64,000 nt of DNA from Vermamoeba vermiformis (Eukaryota), in the NCBI GenBank assembly GCA_045837725.1, contig JBEWZL010000136.1, forward strand, positions 124,001 to 188,000, given 5' to 3'. The position numbers and the translations under genes were made by a program. Below, in pieces: positions 27,154 to 40,759 of this stretch (position 1 is its first letter; each line of letters starts with the position of its first letter). The notes under the pieces are model-generated. The model had not been told where the DNA came from, ran no database searches, and saw only the letters and a list, made by a program, of their open reading frames with translations.

Positions 27154-30100
27154 ATGTCGACTGGTAAGATCCAGAAATATTACAATAACGTGAACAGCCC
27201 TATTCAACTTCGTTATACAGATGACATAGATGACGAAATTAAGCGACAAAGAGAGGAACGAAAACGCCAAGCTGGAGAGCTGGTATGTATTTTTTCTTCA
27301 AGACGAATCTAAAACAAAAAATTTATCAAATAATACTAAACTTTATTCATGAAGCGCTTTTAGCAAGGCAGATGATTATAATATTTATTTTGGTAATTAT
27401 GGAACGAAATACTGACGAGTAGGAATTTATAGGTTGGTTTTGCTTCATCGGGAGGTTATGACGACGATCTCTATGGTGGATCGAGCTCAGGCTTCTCAAG
27501 ATCAATTCCAATGAATGACGATGACGAAGATGATTCAGGACGTCGATTACCAAGTTACACAGCACCAGATTCGCTTCGCGAGGAGTTAGCTTACGGCGAA
27601 GGAGAAGAGGAGGATCCGTTTAAAGACACAAGACGACAGAAAATTATAGATAGAGAAGATGAATATCATAGACGAAGGCAGAACAGAGATCTGTCGCCTG
27701 GTCACCGTAGCTACAAAGAAAAAATGGCAGAACAGTTGGTCGTCCAAGAAGAACAAGAATTACAGAGAAAAATCGCTCAAAAGAAAGAAGAAGAGAAGAA
27801 ACGAGAGCGCGAGGACCGCGAGAGCCGCGAGAAAGAGAAGAAAAAGAGAAAGCGCGAGGACGATGATGAAGACAGATCGTCTTCTTCTAAGAGAAAGAAG
27901 TCAGAGTGGGACGATGATGGTGACAGAAAGCCTTCGTCTTCGTCGAACAGATGGGATCAGACACCTTCTTCAGAAACTCAGACTCGTTCCAATCGCTGGG
28001 ATCAGACTCCTCAAGGTCCCGCAACCACGAAGTCACGATGGGATCAGACCCCTGTCGCCAGCAGCGGAACTCGTAACAGATGGGACGAGACACCTCAAAG
28101 CGGTGCCGAGACACCGTCACGAAAGGGCAAGTCCCGTTGGGACGAGACACCTGTCAACGTCAATGCTGGCATGATGACTCCTGGTGCCACTCCTCTCGGC
28201 TTCACTGGTGCTGAGACTCCTTCGTTCGCTCAAATGCGCGGTTATACTCCCGAACAAATGCAGGCTATGCGTTACGAGAAGGACATTGAAGAGCGAAACA
28301 GACCTCTCAGTGACGAAGAGTTGAATGACTTATTGCCCGCTGATGGTTACGAAGTTATGGTCCCTCCTCCTAACTATCAACCTATTCGCACACCTGCCAG
28401 AAAGTTGACCGCTACCCCGACTCCTGCTCAAATGGGCGGTTTCATGATGCAAGATGATGTCAAACCTTCAGACTACGGTGTTTCTACCCTCAAGACTCCC
28501 GAAGGTTTGCCCGAGATGAAGGTTGAAGACGAGCCTTTCTTTGGCAAGCTCTTGGACGGCAAGGACGAGGCTAGCTTGAGCACTGAAGAGATTAAGGAGC
28601 GCAAGATCATGAAGCTTCTGTTGAAGGTCAAGAACGGTACTCCTGCTCAACGTAAACAGTCGCTTCGTATGTTGACCGACAAGGCGAGAGAATTCGGCCC
28701 TGGACCTTTGTTCAACCAGATCTTGCCCTTGTTGATGTCTCCTGCTTTGGAAGACCAAGAACGTCACTTGCTCGTGAAAGTCATCGACAGAGTCCTCTAC
28801 AAGCTCGACGATCTCGTCCGACCTTACGTGCATAAGATTCTTGTCGTCATTGAACCTCTTTTGATCGACGAGGACTACTATGCTCGTGTCGAAGGTCGTG
28901 AAATTATTTCCAACTTGGCAAAGGCAGCTGGTTTGGCTACAATGATTGCAGTCATGCGTCCTGATATTGATAACACGGACGAGTACGTGCGTAACACTAC
29001 TGCCAGAGCCTTTGCTGTCGTAGCTTCTGCCCTCGGTATTCCTTCTCTATTGCCTTTCTTGAAGGCCGTCTGTCAGAGCAAGAAGTCATGGCAAGCTCGC
29101 CACACTGGTATCAAGATCGTTCAACAGATTTCTATTCTCATGGGCTCCGCAGTTTTGCCTCATTTGCGCAGCTTGGTCGAGATTATTGATCACGGTTTGA
29201 ACGATGAACAACAGAAGGTTAAGACGGTTACTGCCTTGGCCCTCGCTGCTCTTGCCGAAGCCTCAGCTCCTTATGGTTTCGAATCTTTTGGCAGTGTCTT
29301 GAAGCCTTTATGGGAAGGTGTCAAGAATCAACGTGGCAAGACCTTGGCTGCTTACTTGAAGTCCATCGGTTACATCATTCCTTTGATGGACGTCGAGTAC
29401 GCTAGCTATTCTATCAAGTCTATCATGCCTACTTTGATCGCTCAGTTCCAAACACCCGAAGACGAAATGAAGAAGATCGTTTTGAAGGTCGTCAAGCAGT
29501 GCGTCTCCACTGAAGGTGTTGAAGCTTCTTACATCAAAGAAGAGGTCATTCCTCCATTCTTCAAGCACTTCTGGGTGCGCAGAATGGCTCTCGATCGCCG
29601 AAACTACAAGCAACTCGTCGAGACCACCGTCGAGTTGGCCAACAAAGTTGGTGTCACAGAGATTGTTGGAAGAATTGTGGACGATCTGCGCGATGAATCC
29701 GAGCCTTACAGAAAGATGGTCATCGAGACAGTTGATCAGGTCATAACTGCTTTGGGCGCTGCCGAGATTGACACGCGCTTAGAGAAGCGTCTTATCGATG
29801 GTATTCTCTATGCCTTCCAAGAACAAGCCTCTGATGACTCTGCTGCCATTCTCAACGGCTTCGGTACTGTTGTCAACTCACTGGGCTTGCGTGTCCGACC
29901 TTACTTGCAACAAATCGTTACTTTGGTCAAGCTGCGATTAAACAACAAGCTGCCGAAGTACCGTCAACAAGCAGCTGACCTCATCACTCGTATTGCCGTT
30001 GTGATGATGAACTGCAATGAAGAGAAGTTGATGGGTCACTTGGGTGTCATTCTCTACGAGTACTTGGGAGAAGAGTACCCCGAAGTTTTGGGCTCAATCT

Positions 30101-31035
30101 TGGGTGCTTTGAAGGCTATCGTCAACGTCATTGGTATGACTAAGATGACACCGCCCATCAAGGACTTGTTGCCGCGCTTGACTCCCATTTTGAAGAATCG
30201 TCACGAGAAGGTACAAGAGAACTGCATTGACTTGGTCGGTCGTATTGCTGATCGTGGTCACGAGTACGTCTCTGCTCGTGAATGGATGCGTATTTGCTTC
30301 GAGTTGTTGGAGTTGCTGAAGGCTCACAAGAAGGCTATTCGACGTGCTGCTGTCAACACGTTCGGTTACATTGCCAAGGCTATCGGTCCTCAAGACGTCT
30401 TGGTGACTTTATTGAACAACTTGCGAGTACAAGAGCGTCAGAACCGTGTCTGCACAACTGTCGCCATTGCCATTGTCGCTGAAACTTGTTTGCCCTTCAC
30501 TGTTTTGCCGGCTTTGATGAACGAATACAGAGTGCCCGAATTGAACGTCCAAAACGGTGTTCTGAAGGCCTTGTCGTTCATGTTCGAGTACATTGGTGAA
30601 ATGGGTAAAGACTATATTTACGCCGTTACACCTTTGCTCGAAGACGCGCTCATGGATCGAGATCCCGTGCATCGTCAAACAGCTTGCACAGTCGTCAAGC
30701 ACATGTCACTTGGTGTTGTCGGCTTAGGCAACGAAGACGCCATTCTGCACTTGCTCAACTTTGTCTGGCCCAACATCTTCGAGACTAGTCCTCACGTCAT
30801 TAACGCCGTGATTGAAGCGATCGACGGATGCAGATGTGCTATCGGCCCTGCTGCTACCATGAAGTACTTATTGCAAGGCTTGTTCCATCCTGCCAGGAAG
30901 GTGCGAACGATCTACTGGAAGTTGTACAACAATCTCTACATTGGCAATCAAGACGGATTAGTGCCACAATACCCGCGACTGCCCGACGACGAGCGAAACA
31001 CGTTCTCGCGACCTGAGCTCGACATTGTGCTATAG
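27154..31035 (+). CDS. SF3B1: Splicing factor 3B subunit 1 (SAP155)
   Basis: RWDQTP/RWDETP ULM repeats, [14 protein letters not shown] region [37 protein letters not shown]. Two short 5' exons (ATG 27154) precede one ~3.6-kb exon. Confidence 0.98.
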
Positions 31036-31070
31036 ACGCCATGGTTGGGTAATCCGCCCCTTTTTTGTGC

Positions 31071-31159
31071 GAGGGTTGGTTGACTGGTTAAGGGAGTGAG
31101 GAATTAAAACAGCGGATTTGATCTGCTGAATCCCACTTCAGACTGGTCGGACCACCCTC
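31071..31159 (+). other. Long G-U-rich RNA hairpin just downstream of the SF3B1 stop
   Basis: Nested pairings read by eye: GAGGGUUGGU/ACCACCCUC, UGACUGGUU/GACUGGUCG, GGAGUG/CACUUC, CAGCGGAU/AUCUGCUG. Confidence 0.55.
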
Positions 31160-31638
31160 CTTTTCAATTATAAAAATTGCCATTACAATCGATATTCTAG
31201 TTACTACAACCATATTAATTACGGCTTGTTCAATCTGAACTTGACCAATAACCTTTCAAGATCCACCTCCCGCCAGGCAAGTGATGAGGACGAATCGACG
31301 ACCGCTCGAACGGGTGCCTATAATGACACGTACTTATTATTACTGTTCGTTGTTGTTTTTCTAATGCTTTTTTTGTATGACTCTCGTTCGTACGCGTTTG
31401 GGATCTGATCGATCTAGCTCTTGAGGGCAAATTGCTTTCTTTATTTGAGTCTAGCTAATCTTTTTATTCAAGATCTCAATATAGTCATACTTAGCATAAC
31501 GGTACGTTAGTAGGCGCTTTTGGGTGAAAATTAAACAGATGCGCGTGGATTCAGCGGAGTTGTCCAATGCGGGGTAAGCGAAACAACCGCTGTAATAAAT
31601 AAATAAATCTAGTGCTATTTATTTAGTGCCGTAATCTA

Positions 31639-32729
31639 CTAAGGAAAACCGAGAATAGTGTATGTGCCAAATGCGGAGGGAGCAGTATTCTCGGGTTGGG
31701 CAGCATCGTAGGCTGGTAAGAATAAACCATTACCAGGATCGACGAATGCTTTAACTTGAATCACGTGATTGCCAGGCGTAACGTTTTGAACAATGCCGTG
31801 CCTAAAACATTGTTATTATTGCTTCGAGAAATGATGGAATTTTTCTTACAAATAGACTGGTAACCACACTAATGCGGCTTGATTCATCATTGTAAAATCA
31901 CAGATGGAAACACCGTCGAATGCGAGTTGAATTCTCGCTCGTTTATCTAAAAATGTAAGTAACGCAGCGCAACAAGAAAAGTACGTACTAGCGACGGTAT
32001 GACCAGAGTAAGGGATGTTGAGTGAGATCTGGACTGTCGAAAAGTTGCTTGGAAATTGGAGATAAAGCTCGTAGAGCGGAACAGAAGTCCAAGTGTTTGC
32101 GGAGATGGCTACTCCTGCTGTGTACGTAAATACTTTTCTGTATGACCACACGGAAGGCAATTGGACAGTGTTGCCGTTACTAATTGACATTTGATTGTTA
32201 TTTACTGATAACGTTTGGATTTCATTTGTGGCAGATGCGTCCGGCAGGACAACGCTCCCTCCATTCGAGAGCGATATTGTGTCTGAATTAGTAAGCGACA
32301 ATGTTTGGATTTCATTAGTAGGACTATTGTCAGGAATCGTAACGCTGTTTCCACCGGAAATAGACAACTGTCCCGAAGGATCGTAGTTCAGAGTTTGGAT
32401 TTCGTTCGTGGATGAGGTGTCGGGAATCTGGATTGAGTTACCATTGCTAATAGATAAAGTACCATCGGTCGCTAGTGCTAATGTTTGTTTCCCTTGGCTG
32501 ATTTCGTTGCAAATATTTACTCCTCCGCATGTTCTCACATCCGTTGCAGAATTGATCGTCAAATAGTCCTCCCCCGCATTATTTCGAACCGAAAATTGAC
32601 GGGAGTCGCAAGTCTGACCTGCAACAGAAGAGTATAAGACGGGCGAGAATGAGGAGAAAACAGTTTCTTACCTGAAGTGCCAATCGCTAGATAAAGCAGA
32701 GTGCCGAAGATGAAAAAGGTTCGTTGCAT
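31639..32729 (-). CDS. Secreted paralog of 7523..8832: signal peptide + 4 x TNEIQTLSL repeats + a different beta-rich C-terminal domain
   Basis: MQRTFFIFGTLLYLAIGTSG signal peptide; shared N-terminal C..QF.VR...EDYL.INS..DV..CG.N.CN.I segment; repeats in ORF 31846..32562; ends TYTILGFP-TAG. Confidence 0.8.
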
Positions 32730-33236
32730 TGTTGTTGTTGTGAGGATTTCAGATCTAATTAATTCGGAATGATGAAGAAAAAAACCAATTCGCTTTTTGC
32801 TGACAAGTTTGACATTTCGATTTAATTAAATTCCAGCTTGCGTCAAACGAGCTGCACGTAGAGGTATGACCGCGACCTGTAATGATTTAATTGGGCTCTT
32901 CTTCCCTATACCGGGGAGGTCTGATTCGTACACTACCACGAATATAACTAATTATAAATTGTAATTGCACCATATATTTTCAGGTTAATTTTCTGTAGTG
33001 CTGGGTCCTGCGAAAATTGTGTGTCCGAATGTAACATCAAATCTGATCTTGATCTTGATTACCTTTTGGCAACAGTATCCTTTCGGAAGTTGATACTCCA
33101 AGACTTGTCCAATAGAAATAAATGAGTGACTACCTAATAAAGGTCTCTTGGTCAAACAACAAAGCGAAACAGAAATTATTTGCCAGACCAGTTTTGATTC
33201 AGAAAAGAACATTATTATCATTTATTCAATCTAATA

Positions 33237-34899
33237 ATGGAAGCAACAGCTGTTCCTAAGAGAAAAATTGGCGACTCGCTCGAGATTGCGAGCATTGTTA
33301 ATGGATTATGGCAAGTAGCCGGTGGACACGGCAAAGTAACGGCTGCTGATGCGCAAAAACATGTAAGTAGCATATTATCAATAATAGTATAATATTATCG
33401 AGTATTATTGCAACGACAAGATCTTTTTCGATCGGAAGATTTTCTGACTTTCATTTAATTAATGTGTCAATTTTAAATAGATGAAAGAACTTATTGACAT
33501 CGGTCTTACAACATTCGACGGCGCAGATATCTACGGTAAGGTTTAAAAAAATATTTTATGAATAGATGCGCCATTAAAATATTTACTTTTATCAATTTAG
33601 GCCCCGCAGAGGATTATATGGGCGAGGTTAATGCCCAACAAACGGAAAAGAAGGCTCAATTCTTGACTAAATTCGTTCCACGCCCGGGATCAATGACACG
33701 CGAGGTCAGGATCAACCCAAATTTTTCCTTTTTTGGATATTATATCATTCTGACTTCTTTAATGTTGACTAATAGTTTTTTATAGGCAGTAGAAGGAGCT
33801 ATTAATAAGTCAATGAGAAGAATGAAAACTGATAAATTGGATCTCGTTCAATTTCATTGGTGGGGTAAGTACTATCCATAGTGTAATTATTAGAAATATA
33901 AAATTAATCTATTTGATACAAATAGATTACGAGGATGAAGAGTATTTGAACGCATTGAAGCATCTTTTTGAATTGAAAAATGAAGGAAAAATTCGCGAAG
34001 TTGGTGTACGTCATTAATACTGTTATTTTCAATAATAACAATATAATAATAATACCTTTCTATAGTTAACGAACTTTGATACTGAGCGAATGCGTATTAT
34101 GTACAAGAACGGCTACAAAATTGTCTCGAATCAAGTATCTTACTCAATTATCGACAGAAGGTATGTTATATATATGGCTACTACATGTGCTTAATATGAC
34201 CTATATTTAGACCAGAGAAGCAAATGATTGAGTTCTGCAAGCAACACAATGTTAAATTATTGACCTACGGAACCGGTACGAAACTATATTTTTCTTAGAA
34301 ATGGGATTATAGAGCTAACGATTATTTCTATAGTACTCGGAGGTCTATTGAGCGAGAAATATTTGGGCGTACCCGAGCCAAGCGCGACAGATCTGACTAC
34401 GACTTCGTTACGAAAGTACTTGCCGTTCGTTAAGCAATGGGGCGATTGGGACACTCATTTTCAGCCTTTGTTGAAAGCAATGAAGACTATTGCCGACAAG
34501 TACAACGTTTCTATCGCTAATGTGGCTTGGTAAGTAGATCGTGTAACGAAATTTTTATCATTTTTATTTTGTCTTGAGAGCCGCCGTAAATCAAGCGAAG
34601 CATTTAAATAGTAATTATAATAATAATCGCTGACTATCAACTATGCTGAGTTATAGTTTAGTGCTAGTGCGATCCAAACAATACCTAATTTTCATCTTTT
34701 ATTATTTAGCCAGTACATTCTTCAAAAGCCATGTGTCGGAGCTGTGATTATTGGTATAAGACCAGGTCATTCGAACCATATTCAAGACAATTTGAAGGTG
34801 TTTTCATTCCAGTTGAGTCCTGAAGACGTCGAGACATTGGATGCGTTGGCGAACAAAGGCAAGATGTTGGACGGTGATTGCGGCGATGAATATCGTTAA
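33237..34899 (+). CDS. Aldo/keto reductase family protein
   Basis: IVNGLWQVAGGHG, TTFDGADIYG(PAED), LDLVQFHWW, GKIREVGLTNFDT, SNQVSYS, C-terminal GDCGDEYR-TAA; about 10 exons. Confidence 0.9.
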
Positions 34900-35196
34900 T
34901 ACTTTGAGCGATAAACGGTTCCATGGTACCCTGTTTGGCTTTATTATTTACAAGTTAACTCACGTCATACTAGTAATCAATTCGCAAGTCACGTCTTAAA
35001 ATTTAATCAAACAAGTCACTTGATCGGTAAGAAAACAAAAAGACGGTATCGCGCACGTGTTTTTGGTTTGTAGTTTGGTTTTCCTTTTTTTTTTTGTTTT
35101 TTTTTTTTGGTTTGGTTTGGTCGACAAATAATTCGCGACCCATAAGCAAACCAAAGTTAAAACTATCAAAGGAGGTACCACAACCACGTAGGGTAA

Positions 35197-37417
35197 ATGG
35201 AAGAGTTAGCAACCGCCGCCCAGTCACAGATGCGGAACGTAAGTTTCAACAACAAATAACAATAATAATTATAGTTAAGTATCCAAAGTAAATATATGGC
35301 ATATTATTTTATCTTACAGCTAATTTAGGCGACGGATTTTGGTATGATTGTTCGCACGATCCGAATGAAAGACGTGGGAACCAGATTAACTGGTGATATG
35401 CTCTACAACTCTATTATTACTAAAAGTGCAAAGAACAACTTCACCGGCCACCTTCGTGGTCGCTCAAAATATTGGTTAGTCATTGTTGCTAGTGAAATGC
35501 CGAAACCGAATCTGTCACCTTCGGATGTGCCAGTGGAACGGACTGTTTACGAAGGCAACACCCTTTTACTGCTTGACTTATCAAAAATTGGTTCAGATAA
35601 GTTAATTCGGTTAGAGTGGCCACATAACCAAACTTTTCTTCCCATCCAAGTCACGAACGCACGCCCAAAAGTCTCAGAACGGCCTGCCAAACGACGCCGA
35701 ACCGGAGAATCTCCTTTGCAGCACCTACCAAGCCCGGCACAGAGCCCACTACTGCTAGATCCTTCAGCCAATGCACCTACAATGTACCTAACAACTGACC
35801 GGAGCTCAAGCGGTGACCTAATCCCTTCACCATCTTCTCGTGCGATTGGTTTCTCTGGCAACACACCACCTTCTTCACGTTCGATTTACGACTTTTTGCC
35901 ATCCCCAAGTTCTATCTACGACGGGCCAGCCAATTCTTTTCCAACGCGGATTTCTCAGCATACCGACGACGGAATTCCCTCCCCTTCAGCGCATTCAACT
36001 TACCAATATGGCCTCTCATCTCCGCCGTCGAGTCTTGAAATGTTCCTGGAATCTTCATTCTTTAGTGATATTCCCACGGTTATCTCACCAGGTTCGATGA
36101 GAGAGAGACGCATTTCCCCCATCAGACGGCCACGCAGTATTGAGGAAGCCATGCCCTCAACAAATTCGATGAACCCTTACAATGCCCCATTCAACTTCAA
36201 GCCACCTGGGCGACTCATTTGGAATGGAAGCCTCTCTGAGCACACGAACAAGGCTGCATCTAGCAACATCTTACATCTTCGCAATGACTCGAACAACACA
36301 ATACTTGAAGAGCGGGCTAGGTAGTACTCGTCTGCGTCTATTGACCAAGATGTATTAATGTAGTTCGTAGTAATCACAAAGACGAGAGACAGGCATGGTC
36401 CCACATTCCAATTTACGCAAAGACTGGAATGGGTTTCGCATGATATGGCGTGCGGTTCTATGGCCTCTGCCGACGTCAGGACCAGAATGGAGTATTTGCA
36501 AAATAAGTGCGCAGTTGTTGGTCAACATCTTAATTATGAAGGTCTTGACAATAGCCTGTGCCAGGCGGTATGTCTTAAACAATGCTTCAATTAAGGATTT
36601 GTATGCTCATCTTGCCTACAGATCGTTACTGGACTAAAGGACCCGGACAGCCGTGTCCGAGAGGAGGCTTGCAAATTATTAGCGAGTGCCAGTGGGAAAG
36701 TTGGCACGTCCCTGAAAGAGCATTGTCCAAAAATACTAGATCTCTTAATACAAGGCATTTTACATCCAGGAGCAACTTCAAAACGAGCCGCTCTCTTGGC
36801 AGCTGAACCGTTTCTAAGAAATGAGGCACCTGCATCACTCATCGAACAACACTTTGAAAAGCTAATGAGGCAAATGCTGTTTACGTTGAACGAGCCGTTG
36901 CAATATTATCGTGGCCCTTGCGCAGATCCGGATGAATTTCGCTCAATCGTCTTCGAAATAATATCCTCTGTGATTAGAAAGTGTCCTAACATCAAATGCG
37001 ACGAGTACTTGAATGAGCTCATCCCGCACATTAGAACCTTTTTGAACGGCAGTCCCTACTGGCATCAAAAAACCATGCGGCTGATTCAACAACTTTCAAC
37101 CGTTGTGGAACCAAAAAATTATCAAGTAAGTGCACAAATATAGGTATATTTAAATATGACATTGCTAATGTTACCAGACACTGCTCAGTAACTTGACAAC
37201 CAGTGCGCTCAGCTTTTGTGGTTTGGTTCTAAAAGCTGCAGCAGAGGTAATGCTGCGCGGCTATTATATCAAGTCTAATATAATTAAACAGAGCGGCAAC
37301 CACGAAATTGCAGAAGATTTCAAAACAAAATTAACTCAAATCTGCCCGACGGATCTGAGCAATCACCCCTCGTCTTCAAAGCAACAATTCATCCACATAC
37401 GACATGCTGATCTCTGA
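35197..37417 (+). CDS. Hypothetical protein with Ser/Pro-rich region and basic NLS-like RPAKRRR
   Basis: 326-aa ORF 35344..36324 plus downstream exons. The first exon MEELATAAQSQMRN splices in frame. No family recognised; 3' end uncertain. Confidence 0.55.
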
Positions 37418-38029
37418 AACTCTGTCCAGTTTGGACTCCTGGAATGAGAGTAACAGCAAGTTGTCTTCACTAAGAACCTGACGGAGCAGATCGGCGACAA
37501 TCATGTCCGCAGCTTTCAAGAAAGTATTGGCAACAAAAAAATTGTATTTGGGTGCGCTAGGAATAGTCAGTGACGATATGCAGTTGATTTGTAGGATTAT
37601 CGGTATGTGAAGACGATTCAAATTCGTCGCTCAGAGCTTGGAAATTTTACCATAAAAGGAAAAGCAATAAATTGGTAAACATTGGTTACTCTCACCAAGA
37701 AGTTACAATATAAAGGATCATCGATTTGTTGGGAAGTTTTCGTGGTCTCTCAATCTCAAATGATTTTCGTTTGATAGCATTACAGCTCGCCTCAATTTTC
37801 ATTATTTTATGACATTTCTTAGTTTATCCCGCCAATTATCGAACGATCAAGCCTTGTTTTGGTATATTTAACTAGTATGGCATTGTTATCAAGATCCAAA
37901 CCGAAAACGAACTCAAATTTCATTTGACATTCATTAGTTTTCTATAAAAATATCGAGAGCAAATTATAAAAGACAAATTCATCGTAGTCTTATCTTACGA
38001 ACGCATCACAAGAACAAAACAACATCGAA

Positions 38030-38457
38030 ATGGATTTGAAATCGCTGATCAAAGAAAACAAAGTCGTACTGATTGGCTATACTGACTGCCCTTACACCAG
38101 CGAGTCTGCGAGACTTTTGGACTCCCTTGGCATCGCTTACAAGCGAGTCAATCTCAGTAAGTACCTACATCCGATCACGATCCAAAACTCTTTCATTTTC
38201 TGATGGGCACTTTTGTTGTAGAGGCCAATGACCCTCTTCATAATGAACTGGCTAAGGAGACTAATCGCCTGACTACGCCTTATTTGTACATCGATGGCAA
38301 ATTCATTGGTGCGGAGAGCGATCTCGACATGCTTTTGAATACGCGCAAGTTGTTCGACATCCTCACCAAGGCGAACATCAAGTACGAGCAACCTGCAAAG
38401 GACCTCAAATTTGGACTTCAACAAGGCGTTGAAGGCAAGAAGGTCGAGAACGCGTAA
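38030..38457 (+). CDS. Glutaredoxin, monothiol CPYT active site
   Basis: LIKENKVVLIGYTDCPYT.. | TTPYLYIDGKFIG; one intron. Confidence 0.85.
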
Positions 38458-38599
38458 CGAGCTCCATCTGCTTTGTTTTTAAAGCAAGTCTTGCTCGAGA
38501 TTGTTACATATCATATCATCAATACACCCATTGTTGATTAATAAAGCTCTTTAACATCATCTCTCGCTCCGGATGTAACAATTTATCACCGCGCTCCGT

Positions 38600-39641
38600 T
38601 ACAAATGTACATCTTTAGAAGGTTATTTTAATATGCAATGGATGACTGTAATCTACACATTTCTTTTCTTGAAAAATTTGCTCGTAATGATCATTGCTGT
38701 CGATATTGCAGACTCGAATTGAACGCAATTTAAAAAGGCCATCGTTTCGACCTACATTATCTTTAATACGATGGTAATATAGTATTAAGGAATATAATAC
38801 GTACCATAATCATAAAAGCTAAGGGTAAGATAATACTTCGTACCGTCTTTTTGTATGATAACGGAGGAGATCTCAGGCCAGGTTTGGTTCGAAAATTCTA
38901 CTTTTGATTCTTTGTAATTTTGACTACATTCCCTAAATAACTTCTTAGCATAGTCTATAGTCGTATCGGAGTTGAATCCTAGCAGTTGCCATTTCCTTGT
39001 AAGGCAGATCGAGGTCAGTACAAAAATGAAAAAATGTTTCGATAATAATCAAATTTAAATTATGGTGGTGATATTACATACTCTGGTAGTTCGGATGTTT
39101 TCAGATTGACCTTACAATTGGTGATAATGTCCGTATCCGTGTCGAGCCAAAAGTCTATCCCGTTGATGTACACGGCAGGTCCCTCAATCTCGCTTACGAG
39201 ATCGCGGTTCTCTTCAGTAATCTTAATGATATCGTCTCGGGTCGTTTTTCCGATTGAGATGCCCCATAGAGGAAACAGACACAATGGATCTGTAAATGGA
39301 TTTAAATAACCAAATTTAAAACTAATTGTCTTCGACTTTCGATAATTTTAAAAATTATGTTAAGATGATATTGAATTTTTTCATTTGTTTGTAATATATT
39401 TAGAGGTCTTACCAGAAAAATAAAATTGTTTCCACGTCTGCAGATCCGATTTCTTATTCACACCTTCAATCGTGTACCGTTGAGCCTTTTCACTGCTCTT
39501 CTTCAACCATACATTGCCGTTATCGCTGCAGTAATTTTTGAACAATTTGCAAACGCAAGGAATCGCCGTCGAAAGCGGATCCTCAACTTCGGCCACGATC
39601 AGCTCCCAGAGCTCCGTCGGCAAGGTATTCATGCTATACAA
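38600..39641 (-). CDS. F-box protein
   Basis: MNTLPTELWELIVAEVE..IPCVCKLFKNYCSDNGNVW is F-box-like. Downstream exons include LFPLWGISIGKTT. The 3' end is approximate. Confidence 0.65.
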
Positions 39642-39921
39642 TGCTAATCAAATATTATTGTCGCAACATTACACCTCTGCTATAGTTATCAGAGTCAGAT
39701 AAGCAAAGTTAGAAAAAATTTGTAGTAAACTAAAGACTTCATGATTGACCATACGAGTGATATTGAGCTGATTATAACGGTGCTTATTAATAACTTACCT
39801 CAATGTAAGATAGACTCCCATTAGTTGATCTGCTTTGCTGTCGGATGTAGCGAAACAAGGACTAATTTAAAACTAGAAAATAATAAATAAATAATTTATT
39901 ACCGTAGCTAACACCTAGGGT

Positions 39922-40581
39922 CTATTTGAGGCATTGGAGGTGATATAATTTGCCTTCATCGTCGGTAAAGCCACTTTGATCGAACTCTTTGTTGCATCCC
40001 GCGCACTTGAAGCACCCTCTGTGTACGGTCCATTTTTGAGCACCAACCGTTAAATACTCGCCAGTAGCTTGTGTTTTGCTAATAGAAAATAGCATTAGTA
40101 TAGAAAAGCGGCTCCAAATTCAAATTTGAAATTGAACTCTAAAGATCGAGCTTCATCAGCGATAAATTGAGAAAAATTGATAATAAATATTATTGATATG
40201 TATAATTGTGCGCTGAACAGGAATTGTTTTTTCGAAACAAATAATTGAACCACAAAATCTTTTCGATTATTTACCAGACCCAGCATTGAGGACCAGATTT
40301 GTTATGGCAAGTGGCACAAACAGCAAAGCCTTCCATTATAATAATTAATAAAATTATAATGATTAATTTAGGGTGCAGAATATTATCGAAATATTTATAG
40401 CCGTTGAAATCTGGCATAGTATCTTACCAGTACCGTCTTCAAAAAACTTGGAAAAGCTAAATAATCTAATATTGCATTTTTTGCAAGTGAAGCACTCTTT
40501 GTGCCAATTTCTACCGATTGCTTGGATCGCGTAGGCTTGACTTTCAATTTGCTTATTGCATCCGTTACAGAACAGCGACAT
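39922..40581 (-). CDS. Small two-LIM-domain protein
   Basis: CNGC..WHKECFTCKKC..CATCH and CWVC..VHRGCFKCAGC..HLQC-LK-TAG zinc ligand patterns across 3 exons. Confidence 0.88.
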
Positions 40582-40759
40582 TGCGTACTATTACTAGTCT
40601 TCTATTGTATAGTGGAGTTGTGTTATAAGAAAAAAAGATTTTAAAATTGATTCAACGCTTGGCAAAGAAAAAATCACGTTGGGAGATCCAAGGCTGGAGA
40701 TCGAACACCACAATTCCGCTAGATAGAAAGGAACAGACGATATTAATTAAAATATTATT

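Noticed and set aside
27659-31042. Multiple overlapping alternative-frame and antisense ORFs within SF3B1
   Set aside because: Expected by-product of biased codon usage in a long coding exon.
31071-31159. SECIS element interpretation of the hairpin
   Set aside because: No correctly spaced UGA/GA quartet, and SF3B1 has no in-frame TGA (ends in TAG).
32870-32940. Possible C/D-box snoRNA (ATGAT..CTGA)
   Set aside because: Box C is not RUGAUGA and no terminal stem or guide is identifiable.
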